Positions 17,783 through 35,431 of a stretch of 64,000 nt of DNA are shown piece by piece. Positions within the stretch are counted from its first letter, which is position 1. Every line of letters begins with the position of its first letter. Source of the stretch: Eledone cirrhosa (taxonomy: Eukaryota); the NCBI GenBank assembly GCA_964016885.1, contig OZ024749.1:42780001-42844000 (forward strand). Direction: 5' to 3'. The position numbers were made by a program, and so were the translations under genes. Under the pieces are notes generated by a model. The model did no database searches. It worked only from the letters and a program-made list of their open reading frames with translations, and was not told the DNA's origin.

Positions 17783-18440
17783 TAGTATTAAGGATACTAT
17801 TTAAGGTTATGTATATACTAAAACTTTTTATAGTTATATATATTTTAAACCCTAAACAGTGAAAGACAGTAATTTATTACTACCTTATTACCAGTAAGAT
17901 AAATAGCTCAATATAATAACATCAGTTGTTCTACAGAGCAGTTATATAGAATTCACATGAATCAAAGTTCTGTTTAAACCATTTATTAGCTTACAATTGT
18001 TTCATCCAAACCGAGGTTTGGAGTCTTCGGAGCTTATTTCAATGTTTGTTTACATACATGACCTCCTTTCCAACACAAGAGACATACAGATACATATATA
18101 CATATTGGTGCACAGTGGGGTGACATTCATTATATTATTTCTGAATGTATCTACGTTAACTGCCGATGTTGTATTTTAATTTTAATTTTGCTTTGATTCT
18201 GTTTTAATATGATTTTAATTTATGAATTTAATTTGCTATACAGAAATAATATAATGAATGTCACCCCACTGTGCATCAATATATATATATGTATCTGTAT
18301 GTCTCTTGTGTTGGAAAGGAGGTCATGTATGTAAACAAACATTGAAAAATTTCTCTGAAGACATCAAACCTCGGTTTGGATGAAACAATTGTAAGCTAAT
18401 AAATGGTTTGAACAGAACTTTGATTCATGTAAATTCTATA
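17783..18440 (-). mobile_element. Family F insert: tail plus about 200-bp inverted arms; hammerheads at 17988-18034 (minus) and 18351-18397 (plus)
   Basis: C(T/C)GAAGA-..CAAACC-TC-GGTTTG..-GAAA-CAATTG-TA-AGCT, with palindromic stem III ACAATTGT. Second copy at 53246-53493. Confidence 0.8.
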
Positions 18441-18465
18441 TATATCTGTAGATAGAGATATACTG

Positions 18466-18522
<57 letters not shown>

Positions 18523-18576
18523 AGATAGAGATATACGGTATATATATATATATATATATATGTTAATATAGATATA

Positions 18577-18638
<62 letters not shown>

Positions 18639-19159
18639 ATAGAGATATACTGTATATATATAGAGAGAGATATACTGTATATATATATAGATATATTGTA
18701 TATATATATAGATATATTGTATATATATATAGATATATTGTATATATATATATATATATATATATTGTATATATACATATATCTATATATATATATAATG
18801 GATGTCGGTTGAGTGGCACTATCGTTAGGGGTCGATAAATGAAGTACCAATCAAGTACTGATACCACTCAAGTACTGATATTGATCCCCTGCTCCTCTCG
18901 AATAAAAAGTTTGCAGTAAAGTACTTACAAAGTCCCTTCCTACAGAAATGGTGTGTTCTAATAGTAAAAAATGAAAAAAAGGTTGGTTGTGGCGGTGTGT
19001 GTGTGTTTCTGTGTGTATGTGTGTGTCCATGTGTCAGTGTATGTACGCATATATTTGCATGGCTGTGTGTATATATATATATATGTATGTGGGTTTGTGC
19101 GTGGGTGTATGTATATATATATATATATGTGTGTGTGCGCGTTTCTGCGTGGGTGTATG

Positions 19160-19190
<31 letters not shown>

Positions 19191-19456
19191 ACGCGTTTTT
19201 GCGTGGGTGTATGTATATATGTGTGTGTGTTTGCGTGGGTGTATGTATATATGAGTATGTGTGTATGTGTGTGTGTGGTGTATGTATATATGTATGTATG
19301 AATATATATATATATATATATATATACATGTCTGTGTATGTATATATGTGTATATATATATTTATATGTAGGTATGTATCTATATATATATATATAAATG
19401 TGTGTGTGTATGTGTGTATGTATGTATGTGAGTATGTGTGTATCCGTGTGTGCATG

Positions 19457-19496
<40 letters not shown>

Positions 19497-20082
19497 AAGC
19501 TGTATATATGAGATGATGTGTCAATGTCTTAGGAAATACAAACATAAATAAAGACATATAAAAGCTGTAGGTAGAATGGACCGAGAATGGAACGAAGTTG
19601 GAAAGTAATTTAGGTAATAAAAATAGTAAAAGAAGAGAAAAAGTATGTTGGACAAGGTAATAGTAGTTTGTAATTAGACTGATCAAGGTAAAACACGACA
19701 GATAGAAGAGAGAGGGAGAGGGAGAGAAAGAGAGATAGATAGAGAGAGGGAGAGGGAGAGGGAGAGAAAGAGAGATAGATAGAGAGAGGGAGATTGACGG
19801 AGAGAGAGTGAGAGAGAAAGATCGAGATATATATTAACATAGAGAGTGATATATATATATAGACTGAGATATATATATATATATAGACTGAGATATATAT
19901 ATATAGACTGAGATATATATATATAGACTGAGATATATATATATAGACTGAGATATATATATATAGACTGATATATATATATATATATAGACTGAGATAT
20001 ATATATATATATAGACTGAGAGAGAGAGAGAGAGAGAGAGAGATATTAACATAGAGAGTGATATATATATATATATAGACTG

Positions 20083-20116
<34 letters not shown>

Positions 20117-20229
20117 TGAGAGAGTGAGAGAGAGAGTGAGTGAGACAGTAACAAAGCAACAAATAAATAAAAACACAAAGAAATAAAAGCAAATATAAAC
20201 ATAAATAAGGGGAAATAAAAAGAGTGGGG

Positions 20230-20552
20230 AGAAAGAAAGGGTAAGGTTGAAAGAGAGAAAGAGAGGGTAAGGGCGAAAGAGAGAAAGAAAGGGTAAGGGC
20301 GAAAGAGAGAAAGAGAGGGTAAGGGAGAAAGAGAGAAAGAGAGGGTAAGGGCGAAAGAGAGAAAGAAAGGGTAAGGGCGAAAGAGAGAAAGAAAGGGTAA
20401 GGTTGAAAGAGAGAAAGAAAGGGTAAGGTTGAAAGAGAGAAAGAAAGGGTAAGGTTGAAAGAGAGAAAGAAAGGGTAAGGGCGAAAGAGAGAAAGAAAGG
20501 GTAAGGACGAAAGAGAGAAAGAAAGGGTAAGGTTGAAAGAGAGAAAGAAAGG
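20230..20552. repeat. 26-bp purine-rich minisatellite, about 12 copies
   Basis: Unit GAAAGAGAGAAAGAAAGGGTAAGG(GC/TT). Confidence 0.95.
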
Positions 20553-20639
20553 AAAGGTGGAAAGAAGCAAAACAAAAGAGAACAGGTTTTTGAGGAACTA
20601 TTAAGTTGATCTAAGGTAAAATAACAGGTAAATATATAA

Positions 20640-21200
20640 TGGCGGTGGTGGTGTTACGGTGGTGGTTTGGTGGAACTAGTGTGATCGTAGTGGCGGTAGT
20701 AGTGTGGTGGTGATGGTAGTAGTGTGACGGTGTGTTGGTGGTGGTGAGGGTGCATTGTTGATAGTAGTGTGGTGGCGACGGTAGAGTGATGGTGGTGGTA
20801 GTGGTGGTTTGGTGGTACTAGTGTGATTGTAGTGGTGATGGTGGTGGTAGTAGTGTTATGATGGTGTGTTGTTGTTGTTGGTGGTGGTGGTGGTGAGGGT
20901 GTGGTGGAGGTGGCGGTAGTGTGGTGGTGGTAGTAGTGTGGTGTTGATGGTGTGGTGGTGATGGTGTTGGTAGTGGTGGTGGTGATGGTGGTGATGGTGG
21001 GGATTGGTGGCGGCGGTAGTGTGATGGTGGTGCGTTGGTGGTGATGGTGGTCCTGTGGTGTTGATGGTGGTGGTGGTGAGGATGCAGTGGTGGTGGTGTG
21101 TTTGTGGTAGTGTGGTAGTGATGTGGTGTTCATGGTGGTGTAAGTGGTGGTGAGGATGTAGTGGTAGTAGTGTTGTGTTGATGGTGGTGTTGGTGGTAGA
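20640..21200. repeat. Degenerate (GGT)n low-complexity tract
   Basis: Direct reading; a similar tract lies at 22850-23100. Confidence 0.9.
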
Positions 21201-21318
21201 TCTTTCACCTGGCAGTACAGAGATTTCTAAGTACGTAATTTGGTATAATGGAATCGAGACACGTATTTTAAACTAATTATCCAATGGCTAACTTTTCTCG
21301 ATAAGTAGATAATAGCAT

Positions 21319-21354
<36 letters not shown>

Positions 21355-21389
21355 ATATATATTTCTCACTTCCTCCCGTTTGGCTTGTG

Positions 21390-21732
21390 TGGGTCTCTTC
21401 TTGCTTACATCTCGCACACATCAACACGGTCTGTACCTCTCTTGCTCATGAAATCCACCCAGCTTATGCTGACCGGACAACCATGTTGCTTGTTTTTTTG
21501 CCTATCTTTGGTTTGCTTTTATCCTCCTTCTATGTTGTTTACATGTCCCCCTCGCCTAACGCGAATTCTGGTTCCAATAACTTTTTTTAGTTTTTGCTCG
21601 CACCAACCTGAGGTATCTGATTTTTAATGCGATGAAATACCAATGATGGTTGGAAAATCACTGACGAAGGACTATTTTTATCATATGTAACCCATGTGCA
21701 AACCACGCAGTATTCTTCTTTCTTCTCATGTT

Positions 21733-21818
<86 letters not shown>

Positions 21819-22075
21819 CATTATAAACCTTCGCCCTTTCACCAGATGTTCATTAGTAGATTCAGTTGCCAACACTTTGAGGGCGACTAGCCGGGCAGCT
21901 AGTTGGTCAGTCGTCCTCTTTGTCTCTGTCTCTGATTTTTCGGACCCATAGTTTTTTACATATTCCTTTGTTATATTCCAATACCTGATGATATCACCGG
22001 ATTCATATGGAACCCGGTCATTGAAATGATCATAGTATAATAAACCTTTCAAGGATTTACACCAGTCCAGCCTCC
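21390..22075 (-). pseudogene. Highly decayed RTE-like LINE C-terminal region interrupted by (GA)n
   Basis: Weak motifs NYGSE..TKR..QLAA (compare LYGSETWTLTK) and downstream GHV..G.P..SWVD. Confidence 0.3.
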
Positions 22076-22089
22076 TGTTATTTTATTTG

Positions 22090-22133
<44 letters not shown>

Positions 22134-22518
22134 CTCTATATCTTTCTTTCTCTGCCCAACTCTCTCTCTCTCTCTCCCCCTCTCTCTCTATTTCTTTCTC
22201 CTCCCCTCTCCTCCCTCCCTCTCTATTTCTCTATATCTTTCTTTCTCCCCCTCTCTCTCTTTTCTCTACCTTTCTATTTTGCTCTTTGTCCGTGTCAGTC
22301 TCTCTTTATATCTTTCTCTTCATTTCTCTCTCCCGGTCTTTGCCTGTCATTTTTTTCTTCTTTCTCTCCTTTTTTGTCCTTCTCTCTCTGTCTCTCTCTG
22401 TCTCTCTCATCACTCTCACCATATATGTCTATATATCTCTCATTCCTTTTCTTCATTTCTCTCTCTCGGTCTTTGCCTGTCATTTTTTACCTCTTTCTCT
22501 CCTTTTCTGCCCGCACCC

Positions 22519-22581
<63 letters not shown>

Positions 22582-23280
22582 ATATGTCTATATGTCGTTC
22601 ATTCTCTCTCACCATTTATCTATCTGTGACTATTTCTCTCCACCCCTGTCTCTCTTTCTCCGCCCGTATGGTTCTCTGTCAGTATGTTTTATTCGTTGTT
22701 GTTGTTGTTGTTGTTGTTGTATTGTAATAGTTGGCATTGATGCCACCACCACCACCGCCACCGCCACCACCGTAGCTGACGATGATGATAATGATGATGA
22801 TGATGTTAGTGAAAGTAACCTCTAAGACATTGGGTGTTGTTGATAGCGGTGATGGGTTTGTTGTGGTTACGTGTGAGGGTGGTGTGGTGTTGATGATGGT
22901 GGTGGCGGCGATGGTGGTCATAGTAATATGTGAGAGTGGTGTGGTGTGGTGTTGATGATGGTGGTGGCGGCGGTGGTGGTCATAGTAATATGTGAGAGTG
23001 GTGTGGTGTGGTGTTGATGATGATGATGATGATGATTGTGGTGGGCATAGTAACGTGTGAGGATGGTGTTTATGGCGGTGTGGTGTTGGTGGTGTGGTGT
23101 GATGTTTAGAAAGAATTACCAGCAACTGTGTGACGGAGTCTCCAGCTATTAGTGGTCAGTGTCAAATGTCTTTCATTAGTCTCATAGTTCAGCTTTTATT
23201 GGTCATTTAACAGCTAAAGTCAGGGTTTTAAATACATATTATAACACTGTAAACGGTAATGAAAGCCATGCTGAAGTGTG

Positions 23281-23311
<31 letters not shown>

Positions 23312-23316
23312 GGAAG

Positions 23317-23356
<40 letters not shown>

Positions 23357-23550
23357 AGATAGAGATGGAGGGAGAGAGAGATAGAGATATATATAGAGAG
23401 AGAGATGGAGAGAGAGAGAGATATAGAGATAGAGAGAGAGAGAGAGAGAGATGGAGGTAGAGAGATATAGAGAGGTGGATAGAGAAAGAGAGATAGAGAG
23501 GTGGAAAAGAGAGAGAGAGAGAGAGAGATAGAGAGGTGGAGGGAAAGAGA

Positions 23551-23593
<43 letters not shown>

Positions 23594-24301
23594 AGAAAGG
23601 AATGGAGATATATATATAGAGAGAGAGAGACAGACAGACAGTCATGGAGGGAGAGAGATGGAGGGAGGGAGAGATGGAGGGAGGGAGAGGGATGGAGGGA
23701 GGTAGAGAGATGGAGGGGAAGAGAGATGGGGAGGGAGAGAGACAGAGAGGGAGGCCAAGCGAAAGAGTTCGTGTGAGATACTACTTGACCATACGAACAA
23801 GAACAGAAATAGTTTGAACACGAAACGGAATTTATTTTATTATACATTTTTAGCTATTTTTTCTTCATCTAAAACACAAAAAGTTGTATTTGTTATTGTT
23901 GTTGTTACAGAATTGTTTTCTTTCTTAGTTTATTTGCTACTATTTTTAAGTTGAAGTCTTAACAGCGAAAGTAGGTGGCCAAGTGGTTAGTATAGGACGT
24001 TGGTTTCACAATTATCACACATCCTTGTCTATCCTCCGATCGCTAAACCATGAGCCGTGTTGTGTCCTTGAGCAAGGCGCTACCTTTCAGGTAACTCCAG
24101 GATGCTCTAATTAGCTTAAAAGATGAAGTACCACCTCTGAGATCTTATATAATTAACTTTCCCTATTTCCTACAACATTGGAGGCCTCCTCCTAGATTCC
24201 ATATCATTTATTCCACTTATGTACTTAAGCAATGCTGACATGCAACAGGTATATTTCTGAAGACCCTGAAATGAATTAAGCGAAGGATGAAAGTTATTTA
24301 C

Positions 24302-24630
24302 CTTGGTAGAATCGGTAGAGAGTCGGACACCATGCTTTGCAGCATAGAGCTACGGCCCTTTACGTTCTGATTTCAAATCCCGCCGAGGTTAGTTTTGCCT
24401 TTTGTCCTTAGAAGATCGATAAAATAAAGTACCAATAATTCACTGGGGTCGATTTAATCGACTTCCCCTCTCACAAAAATTGTTGGCTTTGTGCCTAAAT
24501 CAGCAACCATTTTGATCGGTGGATTGGCAGAGGTTAACTTTGCCTTTCATCCTTACGGAGTCGATAAAATAGAGTACCAGTAATGAACTGGGGTAATTGT
24601 TGGTCTTGTGCCAAAAAGTAGAAACAATTA
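24302..24630 (+). mobile_element. Two SINE S1 copies (a long variant and an internally deleted copy)
   Basis: S1 domain twice; the first carries the extra GGGGTCGATTTAATCGAC segment. Confidence 0.8.
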
Positions 24631-24984
24631 TTTGGTAATATTGCTCAAAATATATTATCTTTGATAAAAAGAAACTGGATGGTCATGGTTGAAATGCATT
24701 TGATCCGAGGTCTGCTTACTCAGCACTGGCCTGGTGTTAAACGACAATTTCACTCTAATCAGCTTACATATGTCAACTAGTCTTACGCTTTAAGGATTAT
24801 ATACACTTTCAAACGTTGAAAAGTGTATTTCTTGTTTGTTTACATGAAGCAAGATAACCTCTCAATGGAGCTGGTGCCTTAACAAGGCCCCCATCTAATG
24901 ACAGCAACGACGTGAAGGGTAATTTTTTTATCCCTTAATCAATTGAAAATTGTCCTAAAAAAAGTACACTTCACTGCTTTCAAA

Positions 24985-25320
24985 TTAATTGTTTCTACTT
25001 TTGGCACAAGACCAACAATTACCCCAGTTCATTACTGGTACTTTATTTTATAGACCCCGTAAGGATGAAAGGCAAAGTTAACCTCGGCGGGATTTGAACT
25101 GCTTTCAAATTAATGATTTCTAATTTAGGCACAAGGCCAATTTTTTGGGGGTAGAAGAAATCGATTATATGTACCCCGGTATTTAACTGGTACTTTATTT
25201 TATCGATCCCGGAATGATGAAAGACAAAGTTGACCTCGGCGGGATTTGAACTCAGAATATAAAAAGCCGATACAAATGCCGCAAAACATTCTGTACGATA
25301 TTCTAACAATTCTGCCAACC
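24985..25320 (-). mobile_element. Two SINE S1 copies on minus
   Basis: GGTACTTTATTTTAT..AAGTTxACCTCGGCGGGATTTGAAC occurs twice. Confidence 0.8.
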
Positions 25321-26815
25321 CACAAAACATTACTGTTTTCAAATTAATAAGAATTATTATACAATGTGGTCGGAGTGTTTTAATATATCTTCATATTTAA
25401 AGAATGCAGTAAACTGGTGGTCTCAGCCTGGGGCTATATTTTGATGCAGATCATATACCAAAATGTAAGGTGAGATTAATCAACTATGATTTCCACTGCA
25501 ATTTATTCTATTGTATCAATGTTGGACATCCATAGATTTTATTCACCTTGAACATTAAACATATGTTGTTGAAAGTTTGCCCTTTGCTAGACTTGTCATA
25601 GTAAACCTATGATCAATGGCGTTCCAGTCTTCACCAACACAACATCTTTTCAAGTACACTATCTCGGGGTACATTATCTAATGCGTCTTAATTTTAAGAC
25701 GGAATGGTACATTTTGAATTCTGTTTCTAATAGATCAATTCGTTACGCAAACGAACCTTCATTGCTTTAATTAAACGTGCGTTTCATTAGAAGCGTTTAT
25801 ACTTTATATGTCCATTAGAAGCGCTTATATGTTATACATTTATTAGAAGCGCTTATGTGTTACTACCTGGTAATTATATATGATTATACAAGCATGCATG
25901 GTATCAAAAGAAATTATTTGGCGCATTTTAAACATATTATCCTGAATACAGTTAAATTTTCTCCCCCCCTGTAACCCCTCCATTAGCGCAAGTATAGGGT
26001 TGTTTATCTGGTCTTTGACGAATATCGAAATCGTCATCATAGCTTAGTTCGTCTGAAATTTAACTCTTATTTATCGGTGTTTTGGCAAATACTCTAGATA
26101 TTGCAGTATATAAATCATATATATCTTCACAGAAATGTTTTTTTTTTTTAAATTCTGTATCTTGTTTTCTTCCAAAGTTTTCTCTCCTCTCCTTCACTTC
26201 AGCGTATCTAAATTAGATCGTTATATCACATAAAAAAACATATATTTTATGTTATCTTTGGATATTCAGTTACGAAATTAGACTGAAGTTCGCGTCTTTA
26301 TATTACTGATATAGCAAAACAGTACCTCATATATCGTCGCCGTTTTAATTTAGTTATGCAATGAGATATATTACTTTAGCTTCAAAGGTATCAACAAGGG
26401 AATCGCAAATTGATGATATACGACGGTTGGTGGTGATGTCCAGTCAATGAATTCAGAACGAGTCCAGCCAACCAGCGCAGTAAATTTACCGGGGCTAACG
26501 TCAAATAAAACTTGATAGCAAATAACGTATCGTAGACATGTTTTAATTAAACATCAAATAGATATATTGTAGGTTCCAATCATACAAACTACCACACAGA
26601 CAAATAAATCTAAATTGTAAACGTTATATCAACCAGTCCCCCCCCCCCCCCAATGCTATAAAACATTTATATATATATATAATATATATATCTATATATA
26701 TATATATAATATATATATAAGTGTGTATGTTTGTGTTTATAGCCAATGGCCGAACTCAAGTCTATATGTCGTAATGTCTATGAACGGGTGTTATTGTGTT
26801 TTTGATGGTCTATAA

Positions 26816-26861
<46 letters not shown>

Positions 26862-27045
26862 TAGTGGGAAACTGGTAATGTTTTTTTTGTGTGGAACACT
26901 GTTACTGTGATTTAAAGGTACATTGAGGTATCTATTGTGAAATATATGTATTAAGCTCCCAACCAAACAACCAAACTTCTCCACATAGAAATACACACGC
27001 ACACACACACACACACACACACATAGAGAAACAGACAGACAGACA

Positions 27046-27109
<64 letters not shown>

Positions 27110-27446
27110 GATATATAAACGCACCAAACATACAAACGTTGACACAGATTCACAAATATATACACATAAAGATAAAATCTGTATATTTTGCACTTTGAAA
27201 CGATCACAAAACTATATATATATATAATATATATATATATATAGTGTGTGTGTGTGTGTGGGGGGGGGGGGGGATTTTGGCAGTACAGTAGTTTTAATGG
27301 TTTTATTGTCGCGGTAAGATAGTATCGCTGTTCTAGAATAATATTTTGTAAAATAATACCTTCACCCTTCACCAACAACAACATACTTACCCAAGTTACA
27401 TATGAATGTGATGGCTAGAATTCTCTCAAGATTTATCACAGTAGAT

Positions 27447-27777
27447 CAGTGCTTCTCAACTATCTGATGTGGCCGACCGCCATTTTTTTTTTCAATGTGC
27501 CACGTACCGCTATATTTCGTATTAATTTATACCGGAAACGATATATATAATGAATATAATAAAAGTTGACCATTTTATTATCTTCTATTTATTTTGTAAA
27601 CAAATAATACAATATCAAAACATATAAAAAAGTAATAAAAAAAATAACAAGCAGTTTATTAACACAAAAATAAAAATTATATAACCTTAATCTTTACTAG
27701 TGTGAAAGGCCACGTACCGGTAGCTGATGGCTCGCGTACCGGCACCGGTCCGCGGACCACCACTTTGAGTAGCACTG
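27447..27777. mobile_element. hAT-superfamily MITE
   Basis: TIRs CAGTGCTTCTCAA / TTGAGTAGCACTG and a perfect 8-bp TSD CAGTAGAT (27439-27446 and 27778-27785). Confidence 0.9.
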
Positions 27778-27917
27778 CAGTAGATGATACAATGACTTAT
27801 CTGAAACATTCGAGTGTGTCAGTTAAATTGATATATATCTAATTATTAATAGTTGTTTGATATTTCAGTAGGACAATGTTGTGTATATTCTTACTTATTC
27901 ATTAGGTTCCATTATGA

Positions 27918-28080
27918 TCGGACGCCATGCTTTGACGCAAAGAGTTATGTCCCTTTACGATCTGATTTCAAATCCTGCCAAGGTTAACTTTGCCTTTCAT
28001 CCTTACGGGGTCGATAAAATAAAGTACCAGTAATGTAATGGGGTAATTGCTGGCCTTGTGCCAAAAGTAGAAACAATTAT
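27918..28080 (+). mobile_element. SINE S1
   Basis: Matches the S1 consensus. Confidence 0.85.
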
Positions 28081-28156
28081 GATAACGGCATTTTGTTGTA
28101 CCAAGAACTATGTCACAAACACACACATGTACGTATAGCGGTGTACATGTATATGC

Positions 28157-28197
<41 letters not shown>

Positions 28198-28200
<3 letters not shown>

Positions 28201-28365
28201 GTAGGTCCCGTGTTGAGTCGGGGATAACCACAGTAAGTAAGGTACTCAATACATGGCAGAGTAAACATTTTTTATTTTATAGAAGGAGCTTCTACAGGAC
28301 TAGTACTGTTTCATCTGAATGAAGATTTCATCTGAATGAAACAGTACTAGTCCTGTAGAAGCTCC

Positions 28366-28372
<7 letters not shown>
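28198..28372 (-). mobile_element. Family E palindromic insert
   Basis: Tail plus palindrome at about 28279-28372 (TAGAAGGAGCTTCTACAGGACTAG...CTAGTCCTGTAGAAGCTCCTTCTA). Confidence 0.7.
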
Positions 28373-28403
<31 letters not shown>

Positions 28404-28405
<2 letters not shown>

Positions 28406-28632
28406 TAGCTGAATTACCAGGCGTTGCCCGGGTTACTGTTGTTCTTATTCAGATTAGTAAGCAATTTCAATCCAAATGAAAATAAAAATTACATGTTGAC
28501 ACTCCCGGCATCTAATAGTATTTATTACCTTGTAAAAGTTGATTTGATTTGGTCGAGCCGGTTGAGAATGCATAGGAAACAGACAGACAGACAGACAGAC
28601 AGACAGAGAATTTTATATATAGAGAGATAGAT
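28404..28632 (+). mobile_element. Non-autonomous Helitron-like element (Lep1-type architecture)
   Basis: Starts ACTAGCTG..CCAGGCGTTGCCCGGG and ends with (ACAG)n followed by TTTTATATATAGA. Confidence 0.6.
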
Positions 28633-29307
28633 ATGTGTGTGCGCGAGTTGTTTATGTCACCGTGCGCTTGTCATAATATCTTTCTATATGAAACCCAATC
28701 TAATTCCTAAACACATCTGAAAAATATATTATGCGAAGTTAAGAGATAGACCTCACGCACGCACGCACACACACACATACCCTCCCCACACACAGACACA
28801 TACACACACAACACTCACATACACACAATTTCTTGAGGAAGCCATAACCCTAATCAGTAAAGCCATCTGATAATATGACAATGTACATGTATGTATTTCA
28901 CAAACAACTATTGTAGTTTCTTTAACATATTCAATCTTTTCGTTTGTCCTGAATTATTTCAACAATATCAAGTTACTTGCTTATCTTTTTCTTTCTGTAT
29001 ATTAAAAGTATTTGCTCTATCAGTTGGCAATTTCTGAAAACTGTTGATTGTAGAGAATAGTTAACTTCCACGATGAACAACTGTGTAGGTGGTACATGTC
29101 CTTCACAGCGAATAAGAGGACGGCGCGTGGCATGTCACGTATTTTCCTATAATCTTATTCTATAGATTGCTTATGAAACGATCGTAATTACATTAACGAA
29201 GCTACGTTAGAGATACACACACACACAAACACACAAACACACAAACACACATACACACACACCCAAACACACAAACACACATACACACACACACACACAC
29301 ATATATA

Positions 29308-29514
29308 TATAGGAAAATAGGAAGAGTCAGGACCCCGACGGCTGAGCTCCGGACGTTTCGACAGCTAGATCCGAACAGTTCGGATCTAGCTGTCGAAACA
29401 GCCGGAGCTCAGCCGTCGGGGTCCTGACTATTTTCCTATAATCCACTCTACTACCCTAAATATCGAGTACTCTGGTGCGTTATTGTCCAACTGGTTTCTT
29501 ACCACACTTTCTTT
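29308..29514 (+). mobile_element. Family D palindromic insert (hammerhead 3' half duplicated in inverted orientation) plus tail
   Basis: Palindrome centred at 29377 (CCGAAC-A-GTTCGG). Other copies at about 9720-9830, 37330-37467, 46975-47160 and 52998-53206. Confidence 0.75.
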
Positions 29515-29524
29515 GATGTATATA

Positions 29525-29567
<43 letters not shown>

Positions 29568-30161
29568 TGTTCAAAATGAGAAAAAAGAAAAAAACAAAGT
29601 GAGGGAGGTAACTCGAATAAGATCAGCTGACCGAAATTCTGTATAATATATACAGTTGAAGAATAACTGGTCGTTAGAACCCGAAAGTCGAGGTGTAGCC
29701 TATTACATCATGTACAATGTGTTTATCATAGACAACCAAAATATAACCTTTAAAGTAAAGCTAAGAAAGGAATGTTCTGATAATTAAGAAACAATTGATA
29801 GCAGTAATTGTTAAAACCTAGAAATATCACATCCCAAGGTCAAACTCTACTTCCCCTCTTTAATTAATTTGTTGACATGAACTGATAATGTGACTAGGAT
29901 ATGTGTGTATGCATGTATATATGTATATATATGTATGTATGCACAGCAAAACAAAGCACATCTCTCTCTCTACACACACACTCTCTCTCTACACACACAG
30001 AAACACAGCGATACACATACACGCACATTTCTATACATACATACATACATACATAAATAGACGTACACACAATTATGTACGTGTACGTGTGTTCTTATGT
30101 GGAAACAAACAAACAATATCTATATGCTTGTGTACGGTCTGCCTGTGTGTCACTGTATGTA

Positions 30162-30230
<69 letters not shown>

Positions 30231-31289
30231 ATGTGTGTATATTTAACCCTGATAACCCAAGCATTGAGCACACAACGCATCTACTTTTGGCCTGTAATAT
30301 TCTGTATCGCACCACTTTATATCCCATCGCTCCTTTCTATCCACTCTTACGATACAATAACCCTATTATTATTATTAATTATATATATATATATATATAA
30401 TATATATATATAAATATATATATATATGTGTGTGTATATGTATATATATATCAACAGCCCAGGTGCTTAATACAAACCATGTATAACAAAATACACGTGT
30501 AAATACAATATTTGAGGTAGACCAAAATATCAACAAACATCTCAACGTGATCCAATAGTTATTGATTAATGTCGTTCGATGACTGACAGCCATATCGATT
30601 ATATCTGACATATTATTGTCAAGTACATTAAGTATGTCCACGAAGCGGAACAATCTAGTTTAGAAAGAGGAAGGAAAAGAAGCCCAGAAATTTAGAGTAG
30701 GGTCCTTTGTTATAGTATTGCATGAATAGTATTGAGGGGGGTGGGGGTGACAGAGAAAGAAAGAGATAGAGAAATAGAGAGAGAAAGAGAGAGTGGGAGA
30801 GAGAGAAGGAGATAGAGCAAAACAAAAATAGAGAGAGAGGTGCACAGAGAGAGAAAGATATAGAGAAAAAAAAATATATGTAGAGAGAGGAGGACAGAGA
30901 TAGAAATATATAGAGAAATAGAGAGAGAGAGAGTGAGAGAGAGAGTGAGAGAGAGAGTGAGAGAGAGAGAGCGAGAGAGAGAGGTTGACAGAGATAGATA
31001 GGTAGAGAGAGAGAGAGAGGTGGACAGAGATAGATAGGTAGAGAGAGGTGGACAGAGATAGATAGGTAGAGATAGAGAGAGATAGAGAGAGATATAGAGG
31101 GAGATAGAGAAAGAGAGATAGAGAGAGTGAGTGTGTGTGTATAACTGTATGTATTTTCGTATATATATATATTCTGCTCTGTATGTATATGTTTAATTCT
31201 GTGTTATTATTAAGTTAACCGGATCTATTTCCATGTTGTTCAAATATGCGTCCATGTTTATTTCCGCAATTATACTAGTTGAGTGTGTG

Positions 31290-33716
<2,427 letters not shown>

Positions 33717-33925
33717 GTTTCTGAATTTGTTTAGCAAGATTCTTTATCTGAAATCGTGTGTTGAAACCGATATTGTTATACTGGTGCGTGTGTTTCTTAT
33801 TGGCAACATGACCCTCCCAAAGTATAACAATATATATCTATATATATATGTATATATATATATATATGTATATATATATTTAAAATATATATATGTATAT
33901 ATGTATATATATATATGTATATATG

Positions 33926-33970
<45 letters not shown>

Positions 33971-33983
33971 TATATATATAAAT

Positions 33984-34033
<50 letters not shown>

Positions 34034-34075
34034 GTATATATATATTTAAAATATATACAGTATATATATATGTAG

Positions 34076-34134
<59 letters not shown>

Positions 34135-34472
34135 ACACACACACACAAATCTAAATATATATATATATATAGGTAAGTAAATGGTAAACAGAAATAACGA
34201 AAATGACAAAACAAACGGCAGAGTACTTGGAAGAAATATATTAGTTTAATGCTTCAAATAACAGGAAGAGAGTCTTAACGTTTCGGACGGACGGACGGAC
34301 ACACGTGTAAGGAACAATACTATATAAGGTCTCTACCGTCACATTGTATGTACTCTAGTACAACTTTTGACGTTGACACATTGTCACTAGGGGTAATGTT
34401 AAACTATGCTCCCTTTTTATAACTTTACCTATATCCCTTTTTTTTTATAAGAGGATAGGAAATATATCTCAC

Positions 34473-34505
<33 letters not shown>

Positions 34506-34582
34506 TTTATCTATACATATCTCTCTCTCTATATATACATCTCTCCCCCCTCTCTATCTGCAAATATATATATATATATATA

Positions 34583-34855
34583 TACGATATTAAACAAATG
34601 GAAACTATATTTATAAAACCATATTTATTTCGTTATATATATTTCTGGGATATCATATTAAATGTCTGAGGAAGGCATAACATATTTTTAATATGATATC
34701 CCAGAAATATATATAACGAAATAAATATGGTTTTATAAATATAGTTTCCATTTGTTTAATATCGTAAACCTACTCCAGAAACTGTCGAGTGCTTTTATAT
34801 CAGTTATAAAACATTTACTCGTTGTAACCCAACAATCTTAAATAAAACTTTTGCA
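34583..34855 (+). mobile_element. Family B insert, second copy; hammerhead core CTGAGGA (34666)...GAAA (34704)
   Basis: Arms 34583-34662 and about 34686-34766, same tail as 13191-13275. The direct copy starts only about 3 nt upstream of the core. Confidence 0.75.
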
Positions 34856-34867
34856 TATATATATATA

Positions 34868-35060
34868 TATAAACTAATATATATGATGAAACACAGATAC
34901 CAACACATCTGTATATATATTGCAAAAGAAAATTTATCTTTTGCAATATATATACAGATGTGTTGGTATCTGTGTTTCATCATATATATTAGTTTATACA
35001 CGGCTCAGGGGTATTTTCCTCCTTCGAGCTAATTCCATTGTAAAAGAATTCCTTACACTT

Positions 35061-35065
<5 letters not shown>
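34868..35065 (+). mobile_element. Palindromic insert (34868-34998) with tail carrying the bulged stem-loop
   Basis: About 60-bp arms, tail GCTC-AGGGG..CTCCT-TC-GAGC, TA-flanked. No complete hammerhead visible. Confidence 0.6.
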
Positions 35066-35133
<68 letters not shown>

Positions 35134-35431
35134 CGTAAGTTTGTGCAGAAATTATTATGCGCGTGTGTGTGTGGTAAAAGTAATGTCACGGTTATAATGT
35201 TTCAAAAGATTATTAAAGCCCCACGGGGAATGACTTGAGCATGCTTAATAGCCCACGACTTATGTATGTTCTCCCAGTACATAGATAGATGCATGCATAT
35301 CTATCTATGTATCTATTTATAGTAATATTAATTACGAAGACGAAAATCCGATGAGGGCTTCTTAAGTATTGTATACCCCCCCCCCCACACACACACATAC
35401 GCGCGCGCACATATATATGAAAAGATTCAGG